Assembly (NCBI GenBank): GCA_963782055.1
Contig: CAWAIF010000003.1
Span: forward strand, 5,344,001 to 5,408,000
DNA length: 64,000 nucleotides
Origin: an uncultured delta proteobacterium
GTDB lineage: Bacteria > Myxococcota_A > Polyangia > Polyangiales > Polyangiaceae
Direction of reading: 5' to 3'
A program made the translations under genes and the position numbers. The notes beneath the pieces are model-generated. The model worked only from the letters and a program-made list of their open reading frames with translations. It had not been told where the DNA came from and searched no databases. This document shows positions 28,739 to 38,113 of the stretch, piece by piece (the first letter of the stretch is position 1; each line of letters opens with the position of its first letter).

Positions 28739-30862
28739 ATGAGCAAGACCACGAAACTTCGCGCACGTGCGCTGCGCCTGCGGCCAGAGGTCGCGCGCTT
28801 GCGCGCCGCGGGCGGGCTCACTCCCCAGGTCCTGGTCGACGGCGCGTCCCTCGGGGTGTGGTCTGCCCGCGTCGGGGCCGACGTCCAGGCGGTTCTCGAG
28901 GTGCTTCGGGAGGCTGCTGACGTGGGCCGCCGTCAGCTCGTCCTCGTCGTCTCCGCACGCCTCGCGCCGGCAAGCTGGCCCGCACCGCACGCGCAAGTGC
29001 TGTCAGCTCCGGGTATCGCCGGCCTGCTTCGGGGGCACGCGTTTGGAGATGTAGACCTGCCTGCTCTTCCCAGCGTGGTCGTCGCGGGCGTGGAGCACGA
29101 CCGGCAGCTGCTGGACTGCCTGGAGGCCGGCGCGACCAGCGTTTTGGACATCGCCACCGGTCGCCTATGGACCGGCAGCCAGCGCGAGCACTACGACGCC
29201 GACTTCGCTGCCGCCGCGGGCAACGCCGCCGTCGACCAGGCACCCGCGGCCAGCAGGGCGCTCGCGGCCATGGTGACGGCTTCACCCGCAGCGCTGCGAA
29301 CTGGTCGCGTGCACGTAGTGTCCGCATTGCACCGTGAGGAGGGCCACGTGGTCCTGGACAGCGTCACTGTCGACGACGGCGCACGGCATCGCGCCGACGG
29401 CCACGTCGCAGGGCTACGACTCCTGCGCGGTGTTCTCGCCCGCGGTGCGTTGCCCGTGATGACGTCCTCGATGGACGTGCTCGACGCGCTCTACGACGCC
29501 GGAGAGCCGCTGCCTTTCCGTGTGGAGGACCCGGCACTCGCGTGCGCCGTGCTGGACCCCGACCTCCGCTCCCTGCCTCCCGGCGTCGGCTCGGCGTGGC
29601 ACGCGGTACTCTCTGGCCGGCGAAGTGAGCGCCCAGTCAAGCCGGCCGCGGACCTGCTGCTCGATGAACTGCCCACGCTTCACGACGAGCTCCGCGATGC
29701 GCTGCGAGCGGCCTCGCTCCTGCCGCTCTACGAGGAGGACGTCTGCGCGACGGCGCCGCTCTTCGCCGCGCTCGAGTCGGAAGGGTTTCGCGTCGACAAG
29801 GCGGGGCTGAGCACAGACCTCGCTGCCGTCGAAGCGGAGATGGTCCTGGCCCGCGCCGTCGTCCTGAAGGGCGTAGGGGACCACGCACTCCGCAACGCGG
29901 ACCTCGTCGGCGGGTCGAGGGTCCATATCGGTCAGCTCATCCGGATGGCCGACAGTTCGCTCCCCAGTGCATGGCGCAACGAAGACCAGCTGCTCGAGCG
30001 CTACGCGCTCTACCGCAATCCACGCGCGATGGCCGTCCTCCGACTCCGCGCGCTGGATGCGGTCTACTCGTGGATGAAGAAGCTGGAGGGGCTCGACCGG
30101 CTCCGCAGCACGCTCGACCCTTCCGCCACCGGCCGCTGGTACCCTCATGGAGAGGCGCTCTTCACCATCTCCAAGCGGGAGTCCGAGGCCATGAGACTCC
30201 GCGCGCACCTGGTTCCCGAGCCGGGCCACGTGCTTGTCGCAGGTGACTTCGCCGCGTTCGAGCCGCGCTTGCTCGCCCACCAGTCCGGCGACACCACGCT
30301 CGTTGCCGGCTGCCAGCCCGGCCGCGACATCTACACCCATCTGATGCCCCTGCTCGGCGTCACCGACCGCGACATCGCCAAGCAGGCCCTCCTCGCCTTC
30401 ATGTATGGGCGGTCCGCTCGGTCGTTCGCCGTGTCGCTGCCCCTCCCACTGCCGGAAGGGCATGCCGTGTTCAACAAGCTCGAGAGCCAGTTGACTGGCT
30501 CGCTCGCGTTCCGCAAATCGGTGCAAGAGAGCGACACCACGTCGGCCCGGTCGCTCCTCGGCTGGCGACGCCTGCGGAGCACCCAATCGCCCGCCAAGTT
30601 CGCGCGGCAGGCGTTCAACCTGCGGATGCAGGGGTCGGCCGCAGACCTTCTTCGCAAACTGCTGCGGGACCTGCATGCCGCGCTGCCCGCCTCGGTACGC
30701 GTCGTGCACCAGGAGTTCGACGCCGTGATTCTGACATGCCCGGCTCCGCAGGCGGTCGCCGTCGAGGCGTTGCTCAAGAACACGATGGAGAATGTCGCGA
30801 AGCTCACGGTGCCGCTCGTTGCCAAGACCAAGCATGGAGCTACTCTCGCCGCCGTATCGTGA
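28739..30862 (+). CDS. Divergent family-A DNA polymerase (707 aa)
   Basis: ATGRW, motif A GDFAAFEPRLLAH, motif B RDIAKQALLAFMYG, AFNLRMQGSAAD, motif C HQEFDAV, LTVPLVA. Confidence 0.88.
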   Translation: MSKTTKLRARALRLRPEVARLRAAGGLTPQVLVDGASLGVWSARVGADVQAVLEVLREAADVGRRQLVLVVSARLAPASWPAPHAQVLSAPGIAGLLRGHAFGDVDLPALPSVVVAGVEHDRQLLDCLEAGATSVLDIATGRLWTGSQREHYDADFAAAAGNAAVDQAPAASRALAAMVTASPAALRTGRVHVVSALHREEGHVVLDSVTVDDGARHRADGHVAGLRLLRGVLARGALPVMTSSMDVLDALYDAGEPLPFRVEDPALACAVLDPDLRSLPPGVGSAWHAVLSGRRSERPVKPAADLLLDELPTLHDELRDALRAASLLPLYEEDVCATAPLFAALESEGFRVDKAGLSTDLAAVEAEMVLARAVVLKGVGDHALRNADLVGGSRVHIGQLIRMADSSLPSAWRNEDQLLERYALYRNPRAMAVLRLRALDAVYSWMKKLEGLDRLRSTLDPSATGRWYPHGEALFTISKRESEAMRLRAHLVPEPGHVLVAGDFAAFEPRLLAHQSGDTTLVAGCQPGRDIYTHLMPLLGVTDRDIAKQALLAFMYGRSARSFAVSLPLPLPEGHAVFNKLESQLTGSLAFRKSVQESDTTSARSLLGWRRLRSTQSPAKFARQAFNLRMQGSAADLLRKLLRDLHAALPASVRVVHQEFDAVILTCPAPQAVAVEALLKNTMENVAKLTVPLVAKTKHGATLAAVS

Positions 30863-32766
30863 GGTTGTACACCCCGTGGAGCAACTGCCAGCGCTGTGAG
30901 CGCGCGGAGTATCGATGGGGCATCTTCGCGCCGGCGACGACGAGGCCCAAGGTTCTGGTTCTAACCGCGGGCGCCTCGCGGGCGAGCCAGTGCATCGGGA
31001 AGCCCGACCCGCTCCCGGCGCTCATCGCGCGAGGCATCGCCTTCCTCTACCGGCTCCGGCCCGCGGACATCCATGTCGACACGCTCCTCGCGTGCGGGGC
31101 CTCCGGCGATGCTCACGCTCACGACGCGGCCGCGTGCGCGCAGCGGATCGAGGACCAGGCAGTACTTGGTGCCTGGCCGGTTGTTCTTGTTGTTCTGGTC
31201 GGTGAACGTGCCGCCAGGCTCGCTCGGTACGCCGGCTTGCTCACCACGTCAGGCTTTCGGCTCGCCGGTCAGCCTCGGCCGTTCGTCGTCGTGCACGAGC
31301 CCTGGGAGGTGGGGGTCGACGCTCCGTGGTCCGCCCTGGGCACTCGCCGCAGGCTACCCGAGTCGCTCCAGCTGTACCCTTCGGCGGAGGGCGTGCTTCT
31401 GGACGTGGTTGCCGGGCGCTGCGACGGACACGCTTGGCGTCCCATCGGCGGCGAGTGGCGCCGCTCCTATGAGCGACCGTCGGCCGAGCTCGTGGCGGCT
31501 CACGTCGGAGGGTACGGCTGGCTGTCTCCGTATCGCCCGGTCGGCGCCTGGCCCTACGTCGTCATCGACGTGGACCTGCACAACGCCATCCAGTACGCGC
31601 GCTACGACAGCGTGCTGAGGAAGCTCGACAAGCTCTTCAAGACGAGCCTGGTCTTCCAGAGCAGCCCCACCGGCGGCGCGCACATCTACGTGCGCCTGCC
31701 GCCCGATACGACGTACGCAGCCGGCGCGGTCTGGCTGACCGAGTTCCTTCTTGTCCACGGTCTACTCTTTGAGGGCACGGCACCCGGGCCGTCTGCGACC
31801 GTGCGTGGCAACGTTGCCACCCGGCTTGTCGATGTGCCGCTACATCCCCCGCGCCTTCCCTTCGGTATTGGCTCTTGGCTGCGCGGATTCCCTGACCCCG
31901 TCAAAGCCGTGGAGAGATTCAAGCGGTGGCTGGCGGCGCAGGACTTCGGCGACTTCGAAGGCGCGCGTAGCGCCGTCGAGGCGAAGCGGAAAGGGAGGGT
32001 ACGCTGGACTGCGCGCGCGCGGTGGGCGCGCACCTACGTGCACGACCTCGAGCTCGAGGCGCTCGGGAGCCCGGGCAGGAAGAAGCCGTTGGCCGCAGGC
32101 GACCCCTGGTTGCCGTACTTGCCCCGCCTTGCACCGAGCGTCGCCGTGCTGGCCACCAACGGCTGCCTCGCCTTCGGTACAAGAACCGGGACGATGATGC
32201 GGCTCGCCGAAGCCCTCGCCGAGATGGTCGAGCCAGCGACCGCTCGAGAACTACTCCGGTACTGGGTGGAAGAAAGAGAACACCGCTCGGAGGACATTCA
32301 CGTCGCAAAGGAGGATGTATTGGCCTTCGCCGACCATCTCATCGATGAGTGCTTCGCCGGGCGCGGAATCCCGGTACGCACCTGGGCGCTCGCCGAAGCC
32401 GCGGTGAAGAAGCTGTATATCGCCATCGGCGCCGGGCGGGCGGCGCCGATGGCCCTGACGGAGGAAGAATGCCGTCGCGCAGCCTTTCACGTCCTGCGCC
32501 TCTTCTACGAGGCTCGCCACGGCTGCATCGTCATCACGGCCGAGCAATTCGGTCTGGCGCTCAAGCGCGACGACATCGGCGGGCTACCGGTACGCCGCCC
32601 GAACCAGGCCCGTGTGGAGAGCGTTCGGAAGGCGATGAAGCGACTGCTTCTCACCCAGACCAGGGAGCCCAACTACACGAGCGGCAAGGCTGGCGAGTAC
32701 GAGCTCGGCGCCCCCTATTGGCCCCCACCCCCAAACGGCGAGCCGCTCCTCTACCAGCCGACTTAG
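30859..32766 (+). CDS. Fusion: inactivated family-4 UDG-like domain + AEP primase + PriCT-like + wHTH-like
   Basis: GTGA coupling to Pol; CQRC..LLAC..AAAC; VIDVDLH and SPTGGAHIY; GTRTGTMMRLA; GKAGEYEL. Confidence 0.75.
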   Translation: MRLYTPWSNCQRCERAEYRWGIFAPATTRPKVLVLTAGASRASQCIGKPDPLPALIARGIAFLYRLRPADIHVDTLLACGASGDAHAHDAAACAQRIEDQAVLGAWPVVLVVLVGERAARLARYAGLLTTSGFRLAGQPRPFVVVHEPWEVGVDAPWSALGTRRRLPESLQLYPSAEGVLLDVVAGRCDGHAWRPIGGEWRRSYERPSAELVAAHVGGYGWLSPYRPVGAWPYVVIDVDLHNAIQYARYDSVLRKLDKLFKTSLVFQSSPTGGAHIYVRLPPDTTYAAGAVWLTEFLLVHGLLFEGTAPGPSATVRGNVATRLVDVPLHPPRLPFGIGSWLRGFPDPVKAVERFKRWLAAQDFGDFEGARSAVEAKRKGRVRWTARARWARTYVHDLELEALGSPGRKKPLAAGDPWLPYLPRLAPSVAVLATNGCLAFGTRTGTMMRLAEALAEMVEPATARELLRYWVEEREHRSEDIHVAKEDVLAFADHLIDECFAGRGIPVRTWALAEAAVKKLYIAIGAGRAAPMALTEEECRRAAFHVLRLFYEARHGCIVITAEQFGLALKRDDIGGLPVRRPNQARVESVRKAMKRLLLTQTREPNYTSGKAGEYELGAPYWPPPPNGEPLLYQPT

Positions 32767-32769
32767 ACA

Positions 32770-33062
32770 TTGGACCCCCTCTTTTCCCGAAGTATTTCGA
32801 CGAGACCGCGTCGAAACGACGCCAGTAAATAGAAAGGCCCGTGTGGTCCCGGTGGGGTGTCACCGGTGTCACCGACATCTGCCCCCCCCTCCTCTGCAGG
32901 ATTGTAGTCCGCTACCGGAGAGTGTCCCTCCTGAGTTCGGGAGACCCAGGAGGGCTCACCGCCTTGGGGGATGACTAGGCGGGGCGCACCCACGCCTTTC
33001 TATTTACTGGCGTCGTCTGTGGAGCAACCCGCGAGGAAACGCCGAGAAAACGAGGGGCCCAA
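32770..33062. repeat. Nested inverted repeats, candidate replication origin or structured RNA
   Basis: Perfect 23-bp IR ACGACGCCAGTAAATAGAAAGGC (32816-32838 and 32994-33016); imperfect outer IR (32770-32786 and 33046-33062). Confidence 0.8.
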
Positions 33063-33257
33063 CTCCGAAGTCGATTCGTCAGGGGAGGTGGGCTTGGCAC
33101 CCTTGGTTCCTCAAGAGCCCCCCTTCACGTTCGCCGGCTTCACCGGCCGGAGCGGGAAGAACACCGACGACCGTGCCGTGGTTATCGGGCACGGCCACAT
33201 TCTTGTACTCGTCGTCGTCAACACGGGAGAACGCGCGGCCGGAGCTAAGGCCTGGCC

Positions 33258-33580
33258 GTGTTCGGAAAGAAACGCTCGTTCCTATTCGAGGCGAAGAACT
33301 GGAGCTACTACTCACCGACAGTAATCGGCAAGGCGCTGCAGCACGACGCCCAGAAGCTGCGTGAGCTGGACACACGGAGGTCTCGCACGGGCTTCGCATT
33401 CCTGAAGAAGCCCTCGAGGTACTTGCTGCTCTTCGGGTACGAGGGCCGCGACGGGACGCATGACGAGCAGCTTTGCTCTGCCGCCGACGTCGAACTCGTC
33501 GGAAGTGCGCGATTTCGTGCGGCTGCCGGTCCGAGCCGGGAGATGACCATTTCATCATCACCGTGTTCGGGGTCACGTAG
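33258..33580 (+). pseudogene. Decayed PD-(D/E)XK-like nuclease fragment
   Basis: FLFEAKNW..HDAQKL..YLLLFG; apparent frameshift before GDDHFIITVFGVT-stop. Confidence 0.3.
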
Positions 33581-33627
33581 TGGTCGCATTGGTAGATCCT
33601 TACACCTTGGCCGCCCTACGGCGGCGG

Positions 33628-35143
33628 GTCTCTGCTTAGCGGCCGGAAGACGGCCCGCGGCCCGGGCGTGACGTCGACCGTCGGAGGACTCGCCGGCTAG
33701 TGGGCAAAGACAGACGGAGGCGGCTTGCCGTGGAGGTGACTTTCGTACAGCCCGATGACGAAGCCCCGAAGCGGGAGCCGGCACTTGCGCCGCGTCTGCG
33801 TGATGCTCATCCAGTGCGCCAGGGTGGCGCTGCCGGCGGCCGAGCGCGTGCCGCCGGTCATCGCGCGGTGCCGCCCGTGGGCGCGGATGTCGCGTTCGGT
33901 CGCGTTGTTCGTGGCCGGGACGTCGGGGCGGTCGATGAAGAGCGTCACCCCCACCTTGTGCTCGTCGAGGCGCTCCTGCAGCCGGACGATGTCCGGGAAC
34001 TCCACGAAGTTGGTGCTGCTGATGAGATGGCCGAGGCGGATGCGCGCGCCTCGGCGCTGCTCGGGATCGCCGCTCGCCGCGGCCTGCTTGCCCGCGACGT
34101 AGAAGCCGATGAGTCGGTCGCGGAACTCCTCGGTCGCGGCGCACGGGGTGAGCTCGGCGATCTTCTTGGCCTCGCGGATGGTGTGCGCACCGCAGTAGGC
34201 GTGGGTCCAACCGTCGTGACTCGTGTACACGCCGTAGAAGTCGGTGCACAGGACGCCTTTGAAGCCCGCGCCGAGCATCGACTCGGCGACCCACGCGCCG
34301 CGCGACAGCTCGGCGCGGAAGACCGAGACGCGGTCGGTGCGCATCAGCCACATCCAACCCGGCACGCCGTCCTGTCGATGGCCGCTCTCGTCGAGGCCCG
34401 CCACGGGCGATGCGCGCACCGCGTCGACCAGCTCGTCGTAGCTCGGCGCCGAGCGGCGTCGCAATCGGTCGAACATCTGCGCCAGGCCGCCCGTCGTGAT
34501 CGAGATGCCGAGCCACTGTCCGAGGAACGCACGGATCTTGCCCAGCGGCATGTCCCGCTCGAAGCGCAGGTCCAGCGCCATCGCCTGCACGTTGGGGCCG
34601 AACGACACCGCGGCGACGCTCTTGCCCGCCGCCGGCGCGCCCGGCAGCTTCGCGACCACGCGCTTGTGGCACACCTCGCAGCTGCCGACGTGCGCCACGT
34701 GATGCGTCTGCCGCGGCTGCACCACTGGGATGTCGGTGACGACTGTGCTGTCCGTCTCGCCCGTCGCCACGACTGCCCCGCCACAGCTGCACGTCGCCGG
34801 CATCTCGTGCACGACTTCGTCGTCGACGTGGGCCGGTGCGGCGGGCCGCGATCCGACATGCCCCGCCTTGCGGCCGCGTGGCTTGCCCGAGGCCGCCCGC
34901 CGACCCTCGGAACGCGACGTCCGCCGCTTCCCGCGCTCCCGGAACCCGCGCTTCCACTCCTCGATCTCCTTGCGCAGCTTCGCCAGCTCTTCGCGAAGCG
35001 CGGCGTTCTCCTGCTCCAGCTCCTGGATCCGCTGCTCGGGCGTCACGTGATCCGGGATGCTCCCGATCAGGTCCCATGGAAAGAACTTCTCGCATCAGGA
35101 ACGAAGAATGGACCCACAGTGTGCGACACCGCTAAGCAGACAC
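33628..35143 (-). mobile_element. IS66-family element, copy 2, inside intron domain VI
   Basis: Same TIRs and length as copy 1; 8-bp TSD GGCGGCGG at 33620-33627 and 35144-35151. Confidence 0.93.
33697..35046 (-). CDS. IS66-family transposase
   Basis: Protein identical to 13178..14527 in the ORF track. Confidence 0.93.
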   Translation of the reverse strand: MTPEQRIQELEQENAALREELAKLRKEIEEWKRGFRERGKRRTSRSEGRRAASGKPRGRKAGHVGSRPAAPAHVDDEVVHEMPATCSCGGAVVATGETDSTVVTDIPVVQPRQTHHVAHVGSCEVCHKRVVAKLPGAPAAGKSVAAVSFGPNVQAMALDLRFERDMPLGKIRAFLGQWLGISITTGGLAQMFDRLRRRSAPSYDELVDAVRASPVAGLDESGHRQDGVPGWMWLMRTDRVSVFRAELSRGAWVAESMLGAGFKGVLCTDFYGVYTSHDGWTHAYCGAHTIREAKKIAELTPCAATEEFRDRLIGFYVAGKQAAASGDPEQRRGARIRLGHLISSTNFVEFPDIVRLQERLDEHKVGVTLFIDRPDVPATNNATERDIRAHGRHRAMTGGTRSAAGSATLAHWMSITQTRRKCRLPLRGFVIGLYESHLHGKPPPSVFAH

Positions 35144-35230
35144 GGCGGCGGTTGGAGTCAAGACCCCCTCTCAAACCGTGCGTGCGGATTTCCCGCACAC
35201 GGCTTACCGGTGGTCTCTCGTGACGCGGCA

Positions 35231-36535
35231 TTACGCGGCCTCCGGGTAGCGGATGGTCCCGCGCAGGCGGTGGAGCCCGAAGCCTTCGACGAAGTAGTCG
35301 CGGGTCCAGCGCTCGGCTTGTCCGGCCTTGAGCTTCGAGCCGGCCCGTTTCAGGCGCAGCGCTCGAAGCCGTTCGTACACGTACTCGTCGAGTCGGTTGA
35401 ACTTCACGTCGGCGTTCCCGGTGCGAAAGTACTCGCCCCAGCCACGCAGCACGGGGTTGAGCTGCGCGACGACGTCGCGCAGGTCCGCGTGGCAGCATGA
35501 TCGCGGGGTGAGGTCCCTCACGCGCTGCCGGATCCGCTTCATCGCGCGAGCCGATGGCCAGCGCTGGAGGAAGTACACGCGTTTGCGCGACCTCTCCCAG
35601 ATGGACCCGCTCAAGCGTTTCCGCAGGTGGCAGCCGAGGAAGTCGAACCCCTTCTTACCCCAGGAGAGGTCCAGCTTCCTCGTCTTGTCCGGGTGCAGCT
35701 CGAGCCCGAGTCGCGTCATCACGTGCTTCACGCGAAGCTCGGCCTCGTCGACGTCACGCTTCGTCCTGCACATCACGACGAAGTCGTCCGCATAACGAAC
35801 CAGCTCGCCAAGATGCGCGCACCGCTTCGTCCACACGTCGTCGAGCACGGCGAGGTAGATGTTCGAGAGCAGCGGCGAGATCACCCCGCCCTGCGGCGTG
35901 CCGCTGGAGGGGTTGGTCACCGTGCCTTCGTCCATCACCCCCGCCGTGAGCCACTGCCGCAGCAGCTTGAGCACCCTCCGGTCCGAGATGCGCCGCTCGA
36001 CGAGCTTCATCAGCTTGTCGTGATCGATGCTCCCGAAGTAGTCACGGATGTCGGCGTCGAGCACGTGGTTGTACCCCTTCGCGCCGAGCTTCCTCAGCGT
36101 CTCCAGGGCGTCCGTCGCGCTCCGCCCGATACGGAAGCCGTACGAGCACGAGCGAAAGCTCGCCTCGAAGATCGGCTCCAGCACGAGCTTCGTCGCCATC
36201 TGCACCACCCGGTCTCGGACCGTCGGGATCCCAAGCGGCCGCTTCTTCCCATCGGCCTTCGGGATGTACCGGCGCAGCACCGCTGCCGGCCGGTACCTGC
36301 CTGCACGGAGCACGTCATGGATCTCTCCGAGGAGTCGATCCACTCCGTACACCTCGAGCGCCGCGATCGTCTGGGCATCGACGCCCGCGGCTCCCTTGTT
36401 CCTCCTTACCCGCTTCCACGCTTCCGCGAGGACGTCACGCCTCGCGATGCGGTCATACAGCGCGTGGAATCGGCGCTCCGGATGCCGCTTGGCCGCGGCA
36501 CACAGCCGGCGTTGCAGTTGTCGCACTTTGTCCAT
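35231..36535 (-). CDS. ltrA: Group II intron reverse transcriptase/maturase, no endonuclease domain (alternative start 36580)
   Basis: GAAGVD, RPLGIPTVRDR, GTPQGGVISPLL, RYADD, LRGWGEYF. Confidence 0.95.
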   Translation of the reverse strand: MDKVRQLQRRLCAAAKRHPERRFHALYDRIARRDVLAEAWKRVRRNKGAAGVDAQTIAALEVYGVDRLLGEIHDVLRAGRYRPAAVLRRYIPKADGKKRPLGIPTVRDRVVQMATKLVLEPIFEASFRSCSYGFRIGRSATDALETLRKLGAKGYNHVLDADIRDYFGSIDHDKLMKLVERRISDRRVLKLLRQWLTAGVMDEGTVTNPSSGTPQGGVISPLLSNIYLAVLDDVWTKRCAHLGELVRYADDFVVMCRTKRDVDEAELRVKHVMTRLGLELHPDKTRKLDLSWGKKGFDFLGCHLRKRLSGSIWERSRKRVYFLQRWPSARAMKRIRQRVRDLTPRSCCHADLRDVVAQLNPVLRGWGEYFRTGNADVKFNRLDEYVYERLRALRLKRAGSKLKAGQAERWTRDYFVEGFGLHRLRGTIRYPEAA

Positions 36536-37160
36536 GGGCTGTCGCCGATGGGGGTGGTTGGGACCGGTCTCGCCGGCCATGCCCTCGCGCTTACCTGCTC
36601 CGCCGACACGACCACTGCAGGGGTCTTTCCCTCCTGCCGCGTTGTTCTTCACGGCGTTCGTTCGCGAAGCTCGCGCCTCGCTCTTCGGTACAGTGACCCC
36701 CTCGGACTCCCGCTGCGCAGCGGCCGACTTCGCCTCTGGCTTATACGACGCGCCTTGCCCCGACGAGGGCGACGCAGACGGGCCTCCCGAGTTCCGCACT
36801 CCTCCTTGCACGCGTGCTGCGCTCCCTACCCCGCCGGGACCGACGGCGCGTTTCGGATCTGGCGCCGCCGATATTGCCTTCGCCGCGACATGATCGGCTC
36901 GGCTCCCGGTTTGTAGATCTGACGAGGCTGCAAGCTTCACTTCATGTTGCGGCCCGCGTGCTCGCTCGGTCCGTGGACCCTTTCGACGCCCCGCTCGGCC
37001 AACGGGATCTCTCCCGCTCGGCTGGGGCCTGCTACCCGGCGCTCCGACGCTTACCGGTGCGGGACTCTCACCCGCTGGAGAAGCGCAGCTTGAGGCAGGT
37101 CGTTCGTCGGGCATGCCCGACGGACGACCTGCTTCTTCACGGCGCACCATGCGCGCAGCC

Positions 37161-37625
37161 CTACTCCGTCGGCGTCGGCTTCGACCTGTCCCTCGGTGAG
37201 GCTGCGGGGTTGGTCGCTACGCCCTCCCCGCGGGGCGGCTCCACCGATGGGGCCGGCGCGCTGACCTCACGGTCCATCGCGGCCGGGTCGACCACAACAC
37301 CCGCGTTCTTGAGCTTGTTCATGGCGACGCGCGCGGCGTAGGCCAGCCGGCGAAGTTCCGCTTCAACTTCTACAACGTCTTCTACTTCCGCCCGGCAGCG
37401 TGTGCCGTTCGGCATCGCGAGCAGCTTCGAGGGCGGGCGCGCTTCATCGCCGCGGAACATCGTCGCGGTGAGCTCGGCCAGGTGCTCGTAGATCAACGCT
37501 CGGGTCTGAGAGCGAACGAGCGCGCGCAGGACGGCGCTCAGAGGCTGCGGTGCCGATGGCGCCGCGGCCGGCGAAGGCGCCGTGGGCTTGGGGCGTGGCT
37601 TCGCCTTCTTCTTCTTCTTCTTCAC
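37161..37625 (-). CDS. Hypothetical protein with Lys-rich N-terminus
   Basis: GTGA coupling at 37622-37625. Confidence 0.5.
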   Translation of the reverse strand: MKKKKKKAKPRPKPTAPSPAAAPSAPQPLSAVLRALVRSQTRALIYEHLAELTATMFRGDEARPPSKLLAMPNGTRCRAEVEDVVEVEAELRRLAYAARVAMNKLKNAGVVVDPAAMDREVSAPAPSVEPPRGEGVATNPAASPRDRSKPTPTE

Positions 37626-38113
37626 CCGGTCACGGCGGCGGCCCGCAGCGCCTCCAGCTGCTCCCTCAGCAGGGCGACGCGCGCGCGGTCCATCTGCAGC
37701 AGCGTGCTCACCAGGCGGCGGGCTTGCCGTCGCCGGCTCTCTTGCCTCCGCGACGGAACCAGAAGAAGGCGGAGCACTTGGTCTTCCTCGAGGCCGCCTC
37801 TGCGCCGGAAGTCGGCGCGATGCCGCTCCGTCTGCCGGCGGGTCTTGTAGCGGTGACAATGTCGGCATTTCAGGTGGCCCTTCCGAGCGAGGAGTAGATG
37901 GCACGGCAGGCGGCACGCCGGACACAGGATGGCGCGGCGGTGCCCGTGGCCGGCTGCAACATCGACGAGCTCTAGCCGGGCAGTCACCGGGGCGCCCGCG
38001 TCCGCCACGACAACGACGTCGACGTACTCTAGGTGTCCAAGCCGCGCACCGTAGGCGGCGCGAAGGTCCCGTGACCGCACCTCGCCCTTGCGGGGGACGA
38101 CAGCCTCAACCAC
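37622..38113 (-). CDS. Zn-finger protein
   Basis: LCPAC..LKCRHC..Y..Q. Confidence 0.6.
   Translation of the reverse strand: MVEAVVPRKGEVRSRDLRAAYGARLGHLEYVDVVVVADAGAPVTARLELVDVAAGHGHRRAILCPACRLPCHLLLARKGHLKCRHCHRYKTRRQTERHRADFRRRGGLEEDQVLRLLLVPSRRQESRRRQARRLVSTLLQMDRARVALLREQLEALRAAAVTG

Larger units (their letters stand above)
33588..37147 (-). mobile_element. Group II intron (2036 bp without the nested IS and one TSD), intergenic
   Basis: 5' GTGCG at 37147; domain V AGCCGTGTGCGGGAAATCCGCACGCACGGTT; domain VI with bulged A ending ..CTACCAAT at 33588. Confidence 0.88.

Noticed and set aside
32770..33062. Palindrome as a simple terminator or retron msr-msd
   Set aside because: The 155-bp spacer is too long for a terminator, and there is no retron-type RT
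35231..36535. RT as retron, DGR or defence RT
   Set aside because: Maturase domain, GTGCG start and domains V/VI identify a group II intron
36581..37150. RT ORF open back to the ATG immediately before the intron 5' end
   Set aside because: Covers ribozyme domains; a stop-free run of ~200 codons is plausible by chance at this GC, and there is no clear RBS
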